Part shown: positions 16,814 to 25,451 of the stretch, one piece after another
Numbering within the stretch: the first letter of the stretch is position 1
Layout of the letters: each line of letters begins with the position of its first letter
DNA from: an uncultured Anaerolineae bacterium
Lineage (GTDB): Bacteria; Chloroflexota; Anaerolineae; DAOTYC01
NCBI GenBank assembly: GCA_964589015.1
Contig: CAZPTF010000005.1
Location: 1-33,205 of the forward strand
DNA length: 33,205 bases
Reading direction: 5' to 3'
Translations under genes and position numbers: made by a program
The notes under the pieces: generated by a model
What the model saw: only the letters and a program-made list of their open reading frames with translations
The model's database searches: none
Told to the model about the DNA's origin: nothing

Positions 16814-18247
16814 GTGTTCCGTCAATACAGGCGGTGGCTCCTTTTGAGTCTGGTATTATCCGACATCGTACTGATCAATGTGGCATTCGCCATCGGATAC
16901 TGGATTCGCTACGAATTACAGTGGATTCGCATCGTCGATGAAGCGAACTATGTCCCCTATTCGGAATATTTGCCGATCGGTCTGCTGCTGACCGTCATCT
17001 TGATCGTCGCCTATTGGCTGGATGGAGTCTACGAGTTTCCACGAGGGCGGTCCTGGCTCAATGAAGTGTACCGCATCATCAGGGGCACGACCACCGGCGT
17101 GATCATCATGGTCGTCGGCCTGTTCTTCTACCGCCCGTACTTCTACTCCCGACTCATCTTTATCTACGCCTTCGTCCTGATCGTGTTTCTTTTGGGTTTC
17201 AGCCGGCTTCTAAAGAACCTGGTCCTGGTCCAATTGCGCGAACGCGGTATCGGTGTGCGGCGCGTTCTGATCGTGGGTGCAGGGGAGACCGGCCGGATGG
17301 TGATGCGCACGATCGTTGCGCAACCGGAGCTTGGCTACCAGATCCTCGGCTTCATCGACGACGACCCCGAAAAATCCAATTCCGAAATCGGACGTTTCAA
17401 AGGTCTGGGTACTATCGACAATTTGCGGAACCTGATCCAGGCAGAAGACAGCAATATCGAGGAAGTCATCATCACATTGCCCTGGATGTACCACCGCAAG
17501 ATCGTTAACATCATGGCGCAGTGCGAGCGACAGAACGTGACCGCTCGTCTCGTGCCAGACCTTTTCCAGATGAGCCTGAGTCGCGTAGAGATCGAGGACC
17601 TGAACGGCATTCCGTTGATCGGTATTCGCGAGATCACCTTCAGCCGTTGGGGGCTGATTGTCAAGCGTGCCATCGACATCATCGCCTCTGCCACTGCCCT
17701 GATCGCCCTTGCACCGCTGTTGGGGTTGATCGCCTTGGCTATCATGCTCGATTCACCCGGACCGGTTCTTTTCCGTCAGACAAGGGTGGGAAAAGACGGT
17801 AAGACTTTCACGTTGCACAAATTCCGCTCGATGCGCGTAGGCGCGGAACAGGAGCAAGACAAGTTGGCCGAAAGAAACGAGGCGACCGGTCCGCTCTTCA
17901 AGATGAGAGACGACCCCCGCCTGACACGAGTTGGTAAAATCCTGCGGCGATTCAGCCTCGACGAGTTGCCTCAGCTCCTCAATGTGCTGCGCGGTGAGAT
18001 GAGCCTGGTCGGGCCGCGCCCGCCTCTGCCCAAAGAAGTAGATGAATATCAGGAGTGGCACAAAAAAAGGCTGGCGATCGCACCGGGACTGACCGGTCTT
18101 TGGCAGGTCAGTGGGCGCAGCGATCTGACCTTCGACGAGATGGTGTTGCTCGATATCTACTACATCGAGAACTGGTCACCAGCGTTGGACACCATTATCA
18201 CTTTGCGGACGATCCCGCGCGTCATTTTCGGTGATGGAGCCTATTAG
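16814..18247 (+). CDS. Undecaprenyl-phosphate sugar phosphotransferase (WcaJ/WbaP/CpsE-type priming glycosyltransferase)
   Basis: Four N-terminal TM helices, IVGAGETG Rossmann-like domain, KRAID, KFRSM, DDPRLTRVG, SLDELPQL, SLVGPRP, PGLTGLWQVSGRS. Confidence 0.95.
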   Translation: MFRQYRRWLLLSLVLSDIVLINVAFAIGYWIRYELQWIRIVDEANYVPYSEYLPIGLLLTVILIVAYWLDGVYEFPRGRSWLNEVYRIIRGTTTGVIIMVVGLFFYRPYFYSRLIFIYAFVLIVFLLGFSRLLKNLVLVQLRERGIGVRRVLIVGAGETGRMVMRTIVAQPELGYQILGFIDDDPEKSNSEIGRFKGLGTIDNLRNLIQAEDSNIEEVIITLPWMYHRKIVNIMAQCERQNVTARLVPDLFQMSLSRVEIEDLNGIPLIGIREITFSRWGLIVKRAIDIIASATALIALAPLLGLIALAIMLDSPGPVLFRQTRVGKDGKTFTLHKFRSMRVGAEQEQDKLAERNEATGPLFKMRDDPRLTRVGKILRRFSLDELPQLLNVLRGEMSLVGPRPPLPKEVDEYQEWHKKRLAIAPGLTGLWQVSGRSDLTFDEMVLLDIYYIENWSPALDTIITLRTIPRVIFGDGAY

Positions 18248-18393
18248 GATTTATCGAAACCTTCTGATCAACCCAGGGCGGCAATCGGGAGCGAGATGAC
18301 CCGGCCCATTAGTTCCGGCAGCGTCTTTCAATCTGCGGGACATCCGGTACCGCAGGAATTTACGACTACACTAACTGAAGGAGATTAGCCATC

Positions 18394-19578
18394 GTGTATC
18401 AGCTTTCCAAAGAGGATCAGCAGGCGGCAATTCTTTTTCTCCAGGATCTGATCCGGACGCCCAGTTTCTCGCACCAGGAGGGAGACGTAGCCAAGCGGAT
18501 CGCCACCGAGATGCGCAAAGTGGGATTCGATGCCGTGCGCATCGATCGCGTGGGGAATGTCATTGGCCAGTTAGGGGATGACAAAGGGAAGCCTACGCTG
18601 TTGTATGACGGGCACATGGACACTGTGGGAGTCGGTGATCCGTCAGCGTGGAAACGGGACCCCTTCGGGGCAGAGATTGCCGATGGCGTGCTCTATGGCC
18701 GGGGGGCGTGTGACATGAAAGGAGCTCTCGCTGCGATGGTCTATGGCGCCAAGATGCTCAGAGACCGTCGGGGCGCGCTGTCGGGCACGTTGTACGTCGT
18801 TGGAATCGCCCAGGAGGAGCCTTGTGAGGGGCTTTCCATGCGCGTTCTCGTTGAAGAGGAAGGGATTCGACCTGACTTCGTCGTGTTGGGTGAAGCCACG
18901 AACCTGCAGGTAAGCCGGGGGCAGCGCGGCCGCATGGAGATCAAAATAACCACCAAAGGCAAGGCGAGCCACGGCTCCGCACCACATCGCGGGGACAACG
19001 CCATCTACAAGGCCGCCCGCCTGATCCAACAGATCGAGAATATGGCAGCAGAGCTGCCGGCCCACGACTTAATGGGACAGGCAACACTCGCCGTGACCTA
19101 TATCGAAAACACCGGCGGCAGCCGCAACGTGATCCCTGACTCGTGCAGCTTCTTCATCGACCGGCGACTCGTGTTGGGCGAGACGGAAGAAAGTGTCCTT
19201 ACTCCCATCAGGACACTCGTGGCAGAATCCGGCATCGACGCCGACGTCACGCTGACGGAACACAGCTCCACGAGTTGGACCGGGTACGCATGTCGTACGC
19301 CGGAATACTACCCTGCGTGGCTGATCGACGAAGACCACCCGTTGGTCCAGGCCACTGTGCAGGCGATACGGAAGTCACTCGATTTCACACCGGAGCTGCG
19401 CCAGTGGGATTTCTCGACTGACGGAGTCTATTCCCAGGGTACGGCCCATATCCCGACGCTTGGCTTCGGCCCCGGTGACGAACAATTCGCGCACACCATC
19501 AACGATCAGATCCGGATAGAGGATGTTTTCAAAGCTGCCGCTGTCTACGCCCAGTTGGCAGAAGACGTCTTGAAATAG
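18394..19578 (+). CDS. M20/DapE-family metallo-hydrolase, YgeY-like
   Basis: DGHMDTVGVG, GRGACDMKG, QEEPCEG, GQRGRMEI..TKGKASHGSAPHRGDNAIYK, FSTDGV, GFGPG..AH; these resemble the YgeY subfamily as I recall it. RBS AAGGAG. Confidence 0.8.
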   Translation: MYQLSKEDQQAAILFLQDLIRTPSFSHQEGDVAKRIATEMRKVGFDAVRIDRVGNVIGQLGDDKGKPTLLYDGHMDTVGVGDPSAWKRDPFGAEIADGVLYGRGACDMKGALAAMVYGAKMLRDRRGALSGTLYVVGIAQEEPCEGLSMRVLVEEEGIRPDFVVLGEATNLQVSRGQRGRMEIKITTKGKASHGSAPHRGDNAIYKAARLIQQIENMAAELPAHDLMGQATLAVTYIENTGGSRNVIPDSCSFFIDRRLVLGETEESVLTPIRTLVAESGIDADVTLTEHSSTSWTGYACRTPEYYPAWLIDEDHPLVQATVQAIRKSLDFTPELRQWDFSTDGVYSQGTAHIPTLGFGPGDEQFAHTINDQIRIEDVFKAAAVYAQLAEDVLK

Positions 19579-19632
19579 ACATGCCGTTAAGACCGGCGGT
19601 TTCAGAGAAACTTCCCTGAAGGGGGTGGAATC

Positions 19633-20193
19633 ATGCGTGCAACAATCGGTCGCAGCACTCTCGAGTTGGTCGAGGGTGACATCACCAAGCAGCACGTGGA
19701 TGCGATTGTCAACGCCGCCAACGAGGGACTGCGTGGAGGCGGAGGTGTCGATGGGAGTATTCACCGTGCCGGCGGCCCGGAGATCATGGCCGAATGCCGC
19801 AAGATCGGTCGATGTCCCACCGGCACAGCCGTCGTTACCGGTGCAGGCCGTTTGCCTGCCCGTTTTGTGATCCATACCGTTGGGCCAGTTTGGCGCGACG
19901 GCACCCGCGGCGAACCACACATGCTCGCCAGTGCCTATCGCTCTTCGTTGCAAGTCGCCGAAGAAAACGATGTGCGAACCATCGCCTTCCCCTCCATCAG
20001 CACCGGAATATACGGTTATCCCATCGATCAGGCCGCACGCGTGGCATTGCGCGCGGCATCCGAGTATCTCAAGGGCGAAACGCGCATCCAACTGGTCCGT
20101 TTCGTCCTGTTCGGTGGCTTCGCATTGAGCGTCTACGAAAAATCTCTCGCGGAGCTGGCGAACCGGGATACGGCCATTCGCCTCGAGCAATGA
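19633..20193 (+). CDS. ymdB: Macrodomain O-acetyl-ADP-ribose deacetylase (YmdB-like)
   Basis: GDIT, DAIVNAAN, GGGGVDGSIHRAGG, VIHTVGPVW, AFPSISTGIYGYP. Confidence 0.93.
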   Translation: MRATIGRSTLELVEGDITKQHVDAIVNAANEGLRGGGGVDGSIHRAGGPEIMAECRKIGRCPTGTAVVTGAGRLPARFVIHTVGPVWRDGTRGEPHMLASAYRSSLQVAEENDVRTIAFPSISTGIYGYPIDQAARVALRAASEYLKGETRIQLVRFVLFGGFALSVYEKSLAELANRDTAIRLEQ

Positions 20194-20288
20194 ACCACTC
20201 TGCCGGCGGTAAAGATGCATGCGAGGCCAGCGTCGCCGTTCAGGGGAAGCTGGTTGCTGGTCGTGGGGTTCATTCCTCTCTCGCGCTC

Positions 20289-20317
20289 TTGGATTTAACC
20301 TCAATCTGTGATAGAAT
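20289..20317 (+). promoter_or_regulatory. Sigma70-type promoter of the aminotransferase operon
   Basis: TTGGAT (20289-20294), 17 bp, TGa-TAGAAT (20312-20317). Confidence 0.6.
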
Positions 20318-20373
20318 CTCCACAGTCATGCAGCAACCAAACCTGAGTTGATTAGGGAGGCGGAGCCATCACG

Positions 20374-21657
20374 ATGTTCATTGGCCAGCAACCGCAGTCG
20401 GATATTCTCAAGGATTATGCCACCTACGTGAATCGAGGTCGGGTCGAGACCTTTCAGCGGTTGGGAATGGATTTTATCCCCGGTAAGCGTGAGGGAGTCT
20501 GGATTTGGGATGTGGCGGGCCAAAAAAGGCTGCTGAACTGCCGCTGTTCCGGAGGAGTATTCAACTTCGGGCATCGTCCGGCTCTGTTCGTCGACACGCT
20601 CAAGAAAGCATTGGACGAGGTCGACGTCGGCGACCACATGTTGTTGAGCGAAGCCCGCGCCAATCTGGGCAGATTGCTGGCGGCGGTCACCCCCGGCGAC
20701 ATCCAATACAGCACTTTTTCGCCGGGTGGGGCGGAGGCGATCGAGATCGCACTCAAGCTCGCGCGGGGCTACACGAAACGCCCCAACGTCATCTCGGTCG
20801 AGAAGGGTTACCACGGGCATACCGGGTTTGCCCTGGCGACGGGCGATGACGCGTTCCGCGGCAAATTCGGCCCGATGCCGCCGGGCTTCACTAAAGTGCC
20901 CTTTGGCGACGTCGAAGCGCTGGCGGTTGAGATCGACGAAGATACTGCCGCCGTCATCGTGGAGACCATTCCGGCTACCGCTGGGATGCTCATCCCGCCG
21001 CACGAGTATTATGCGGAAGTCAGAAGGCTTTGCGATCAATACGGCGTGCAATTCATCATCGACGAAGTGCAATCCGGGCTGGGACGGACAGGCCGGATGT
21101 GGGCCATCGATGAATGGAACGTTGTGCCCGATATTCTCGTGACCGGCAAGGGCTTGAGCGGAGCCGTGTATCCGATCTCCGCCACATGCCACCGCCCACA
21201 TCTGGACGGCTTCTTTCAGGAGAATCCATTCATCCATCTCGCGAGTTTCGGTGGTGCGGAATTGGGCTGTATCGTCGCACAGAAGGTTGTGGAAGAAACG
21301 GCTCAACCCGCGTTTCTGGCTCACGTACGGGCAATGGGTAACCGTTTCGCGACAGGGTTCCAACAACTGCAAGCCAAATACCCGCTCATCGCCGGTTGGA
21401 GGCAGAGAGGGTTGATGATCGGCCTGGAGATGATCGAGGACGGGTTGGGGCCGTTGATGAGTATGGGCTTGGCGCACAACGGCGTCATCGCCGTATTCGC
21501 CAACCACCGTCCCAGCACAGTCCAGATCATGCCTCCACTGGTCATCCAGGAGGCAGAGGTCGATTTCGTGCTGGATGCACTAGACAAGACATGTGCTTGG
21601 GTCATGAACACGGGACTGGCATCTCAGCCATCCTTATCCGACATCGTAGTCCATTGA
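20374..21657 (+). CDS. Class III PLP-dependent aminotransferase
   Basis: GVFNFGHR, GGAEAIEIALKLAR, GYHGHT, IIDEVQSGLGRTG, PDILVTGKGLSG (PLP Lys), SFGG; RBS GGGAGG. Confidence 0.93.
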   Translation: MFIGQQPQSDILKDYATYVNRGRVETFQRLGMDFIPGKREGVWIWDVAGQKRLLNCRCSGGVFNFGHRPALFVDTLKKALDEVDVGDHMLLSEARANLGRLLAAVTPGDIQYSTFSPGGAEAIEIALKLARGYTKRPNVISVEKGYHGHTGFALATGDDAFRGKFGPMPPGFTKVPFGDVEALAVEIDEDTAAVIVETIPATAGMLIPPHEYYAEVRRLCDQYGVQFIIDEVQSGLGRTGRMWAIDEWNVVPDILVTGKGLSGAVYPISATCHRPHLDGFFQENPFIHLASFGGAELGCIVAQKVVEETAQPAFLAHVRAMGNRFATGFQQLQAKYPLIAGWRQRGLMIGLEMIEDGLGPLMSMGLAHNGVIAVFANHRPSTVQIMPPLVIQEAEVDFVLDALDKTCAWVMNTGLASQPSLSDIVVH

Positions 21658-21702
21658 CTTCACTTCAGATCGTTCGGCTTGCCGTACAACGGGGACAACT
21701 CG

Positions 21703-24420
21703 ATGACCTTCGGGCGTAACGTTATCAGTTTTCACGATTTTCGAAAAGAAGATTATCCGGTGGTTGGCCAGAAAGGCGCGCGACTCGCCGAGCTGACCCA
21801 GGAGGGACTGCCGGTTCCGCCGGGCTTTTGCCTGACCACCACCGCATATCAATCTCTGCTGGCTTACAATGGATTGGCGCACGTTCTGGAGACGCAAGAT
21901 ATCGCAGCCATCCGCCAGGCTGTGTTGGAATCCGAATTGCCGGCTGCGCTCAATGACGACATTGCGCGAGCTTATCTGGCTCTGAGCAATGGGACCGAAC
22001 CCGGTATTCCAGTCGCCGTGCGTTCATCGGCGACATCGGAAGATATGGATAACGCATCATTTGCCGGGCAGTACGATACATTTTTGAATGTCATCGGGCT
22101 TCGTCAACTGCTTGACAGCATCCGCGCCTGCTGGGCCGGCCTGTGGAATGAGCGGGCACTGACCTATCTGCAAGAGCACGGGATGGAGCATCTCGTGGGT
22201 TGCATGGGAGTAGTCGTCCAGAAGCAGATCCAACCTCAGGTAGCCGGCGTGCTGTTCACGCTGAACCCGCTTACGGGCCGCGAAGAGGAGATGATGGTGG
22301 AGTCCGCATGGGGCCTCGGCGAAGCCGTGGTCTCGGGACGGGTCACTCCGGATACCTACGTAATCGACGTTGACGAGCCGGAAATCATTAAGCGGCAGAT
22401 CGCTCACCAGCACATCATGTTCGCACATCAAGAGGGGGGAGGAATTCAAGAGATCCCGCTTCCTCCGGAAAAGGGCAGCTGTCCCAGCCTGACGGACGAG
22501 CAATTGCTGCGCTTGAGCAATCTGGGTCGGCGCGTGCAGGCGATCTACGGATACCCGCAGGACATCGAATGGGCTTTGGAAGACGGTGGGGATTTCGTCA
22601 TCTTGCAGGCCCGTCCGATGACGTCCTTCAGCTTCGATCCTGCTATGGGGCAATGGACGTCGGGCAATCATCGAGAGGTTTTTCCCGGATTTCCAAGTCC
22701 CCTGTCTATCTCGCTGAGTCTACGCCACGAATACGGCGCCGCGCTGAGCAGCTTCTTTATCAAATTGAAAATGGGCAAGACGCCACCCAAAGTGGAGTGG
22801 GGCCGGCTGTTCTTCGGACGACCCTACTGGAATCTGAGCGAAGTCAAACACCACCTCGCACTCATTCCAGGATTTCGGGAACGAAACTTCGATGCCACAG
22901 TAGGAATCGAGCCCACATACGACGGCAACGGAGTGAGCACCCCCTGGACTCCGCGGACCGTCATGCGGGCTATTCCCATCCTGCTCGCGTTCAGGAAGCT
23001 CTACCGTACCTACTGGCAGGAAGCGAAGGCTTACCAGGAACGTTTCATGGAGCGGATCGAGCCGGAACTGGATGCCGTCGACCCCACAAAATTGACGGAC
23101 ACCAGTCTGGGCGAGTGGGTCAAACGCGTCTTCGATGTACACTGGAACACCAACATCGTCGCGATGTGCGTCAGCTTCCTGTCCGAACAGGCTCAGGAGG
23201 GTTTCGAGCCGGTCATGGGCCGCCTCAATGCCGGATTGCCACCTGACGAACAGATCGCCGAGGGCGACCTCATCACGGGGCTTACCGGCGTCCGTACCGC
23301 GCAACTCGGGTTGGAGATGTGGAATCTCTCCCGCCAGTCATTGGAGAATCCGCGCGTCGCCGACATCGTGATGAACACAGATCCCCGTGTGATGGCTGAT
23401 GTGCTCCAGGCAACACCCGCAGGGAATGCCTTCTGGAATGAAGTCCTGCTTTTCATCCAGCGTAACCGGTACATGTCCGAAGTGGATGAGGATCTATCCA
23501 AACCACGCTGGGACGAAGACGCCAGCTTCGCATTAGCGACCTTGCAGGCCTACGCCAGGGCCGATGAGTCACTCAATCCCGCCAGGCAATTGGAGATCCA
23601 GCGTCAGGTTCGCCAGGCCGCAGAGACACGCGCGTTGAGTATCCTGTCGCGTGGCTGGCGACGTATATGGCCGTTCAGCAAGAGGACTTTCCTCCAGCAA
23701 CTGGATACGGTCCGGAGATACGTCTGGTGGCGGGAAGAGCTGCGCCTCATCGCGTCACGCGCGTTCTATCACACGCGCCGTTTCGTCAAAGAGCTGGGGA
23801 AACGCTGGTCAGCGCAGGGTTTGCTGGAATCGCCGGACCACATTTTCCTGCTCTATCGCCGGCATGTCCTCGCCGGCATCGAAGGGAAACTCACGTCGCA
23901 GGAGGCCAAACAGTTCATCGACCGCTACCTGCGCATGAAAGCCTGTTATTCCAACTTCGACCCGCCGACCACCATCGGACAGGGCATCCGTCTCGAGACG
24001 CGCAGACCTTCCAACCGGTCGAAGAAAGGACAACTCCTGTTTCGCGGCGTCCCGTGCAGCAGCGGACAGGTAGAAGCTCGTGCTCGCGTCGTCCACAACC
24101 TGGAGGAAGCGCAGACCTTCCAGCGCGGCGAAGTGCTCATCGCCCCCTACACCAACCCTGCCTGGACCCCCCTGTTCAACCTGGCATCGGCCATCGTTAT
24201 CGAAGAGGGCGGCTTGCTGTCGCACGGTTCCGTCGTCGCTCGTGAATACGGCATCCCGGCCGTCGTGCGCGTCGAGGGCGCTGTCGAGACGTTCCACAAT
24301 GGGCAGCGCTTGCGAGTGGATGGCACGGCTGGTACTGTGGAGATACTGAATGATGCGCCCGCAAGCCCCAAACCGTTGAGCATCCTGGGGCTGGAGAAGC
24401 TGGTCGCCAGCGCGAAGTAG
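21703..24420 (+). CDS. PEP-utilising/dikinase-like phosphotransferase (ATP-grasp, central substrate domain, C-terminal swivelling phospho-His domain; RPH/PigC-like architecture)
   Basis: GQKGARL, VPPGF, VAVRSSATSEDMDNASFAGQYDTFLNV, WGLGEAVVSGRVTPD, PQDIEWA, LQARP; C-terminal TNPAWTPLF and GGLLSHGSVVAREYGIPAV; no pyruvate-binding TIM barrel. Confidence 0.88.
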   Translation: MTFGRNVISFHDFRKEDYPVVGQKGARLAELTQEGLPVPPGFCLTTTAYQSLLAYNGLAHVLETQDIAAIRQAVLESELPAALNDDIARAYLALSNGTEPGIPVAVRSSATSEDMDNASFAGQYDTFLNVIGLRQLLDSIRACWAGLWNERALTYLQEHGMEHLVGCMGVVVQKQIQPQVAGVLFTLNPLTGREEEMMVESAWGLGEAVVSGRVTPDTYVIDVDEPEIIKRQIAHQHIMFAHQEGGGIQEIPLPPEKGSCPSLTDEQLLRLSNLGRRVQAIYGYPQDIEWALEDGGDFVILQARPMTSFSFDPAMGQWTSGNHREVFPGFPSPLSISLSLRHEYGAALSSFFIKLKMGKTPPKVEWGRLFFGRPYWNLSEVKHHLALIPGFRERNFDATVGIEPTYDGNGVSTPWTPRTVMRAIPILLAFRKLYRTYWQEAKAYQERFMERIEPELDAVDPTKLTDTSLGEWVKRVFDVHWNTNIVAMCVSFLSEQAQEGFEPVMGRLNAGLPPDEQIAEGDLITGLTGVRTAQLGLEMWNLSRQSLENPRVADIVMNTDPRVMADVLQATPAGNAFWNEVLLFIQRNRYMSEVDEDLSKPRWDEDASFALATLQAYARADESLNPARQLEIQRQVRQAAETRALSILSRGWRRIWPFSKRTFLQQLDTVRRYVWWREELRLIASRAFYHTRRFVKELGKRWSAQGLLESPDHIFLLYRRHVLAGIEGKLTSQEAKQFIDRYLRMKACYSNFDPPTTIGQGIRLETRRPSNRSKKGQLLFRGVPCSSGQVEARARVVHNLEEAQTFQRGEVLIAPYTNPAWTPLFNLASAIVIEEGGLLSHGSVVAREYGIPAVVRVEGAVETFHNGQRLRVDGTAGTVEILNDAPASPKPLSILGLEKLVASAK

Positions 24421-24494
24421 GCCGCGGCAGGCGCAGGTGTAGGCTCCACACCATCCGGCAACGTTCGGCCGTTGGTGGGCCTCTGGGAGTGATT

Positions 24495-25451
24495 ATGGAC
24501 AACCCCTCGACAGCTTTCCAAGACTTTTTCGTGCGCGAAGGCAGGTTACACCCGGCATGGAGAGCGGTGCTTTACATCGTGGCTTATCTTTTCTGCCTTT
24601 TTTTTATTCAGGTCCCATTGATCCTGGCCTGGCTCACGATTCTGTTGCGCAGCGGGAACACCCTGGAAGCAGCGCTCACCCACCTCGAAACCGACATGTT
24701 GTCGCTAACCTGGATGCTCCCATTGGCCGTCTTTCAGACAGGCAGCATCGTCGGGGTGACTTATGTGTTCCGGCGCTTGCTCGACCGCAGATCATTCGCC
24801 GGTTTGGGGTTTAGGACGCTGCCGGGATGGGCTGGGGAAATTGTCCTGGGGTTGCTGTTGGGTTTTGGTGTCATGGGCGGCATTTTCCTGGTGGAATGGA
24901 TCACTGGCTGGGCGACCATCGCTTTCGCAACCACCTCGTTTTACCAGCTCGCTGGCAGCCTGATAGGTTATGCGCTAGTATACATGTCCGCAGGTATTGC
25001 CGAAGAGCTGATATTCAGGGGCTACCTGCTCCAAACATTGCAGGAATGGCCAGGCACGCTCGCCGCCACCGTCATCACCTCAGTGCTCTTCGGCCTCGGC
25101 CATGCCTGCAATCCCAACGTCAGCCCTCTGGCGCTGTTCTTCTTGATCGTAGCCGGTTTCATATTCGCGTATGCGTACCTGGCGACCGGCCGTCTGTGGC
25201 TGCCCATCGCCTTGCATTTCTCCTGGAATTTCTTCCAGGGGCCGGTGTTTGGCTTTCCGGTCAGCGGGGTACCGCCACAGGGGATATTCAGCGTTCAGCC
25301 AACGGGACCGGCGCTGTTGACCGGCGGAAGTTTTGGTCCTGAAGCAGGGTTCATGGGATTGGCTGCATTGGCGATCATCACAGTGACCATCCGGCTCTGG
25401 AGTCGAACAACAACCAAACAGGCGCTGCGATATGCAACCCCGGCAAATTGA
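24495..25451 (+). CDS. CPBP (CAAX/Abi) family intramembrane glutamic endopeptidase
   Basis: EELIFRGY, FGLGH, LWLPIALHFSWNF, TGGSFGPEAG; multi-TM. Confidence 0.92.
   Translation: MDNPSTAFQDFFVREGRLHPAWRAVLYIVAYLFCLFFIQVPLILAWLTILLRSGNTLEAALTHLETDMLSLTWMLPLAVFQTGSIVGVTYVFRRLLDRRSFAGLGFRTLPGWAGEIVLGLLLGFGVMGGIFLVEWITGWATIAFATTSFYQLAGSLIGYALVYMSAGIAEELIFRGYLLQTLQEWPGTLAATVITSVLFGLGHACNPNVSPLALFFLIVAGFIFAYAYLATGRLWLPIALHFSWNFFQGPVFGFPVSGVPPQGIFSVQPTGPALLTGGSFGPEAGFMGLAALAIITVTIRLWSRTTTKQALRYATPAN

Noticed and set aside
21655-21705. The aminotransferase TGA stop is in frame with the downstream phosphotransferase, with no intervening stop (possible read-through fusion)
   Set aside because: The aminotransferase is already complete before the TGA, the codon is not at a Cys-type position, and the downstream gene has its own RBS-like GGGGA and ATG. 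Same-frame adjacency is a common chance event.
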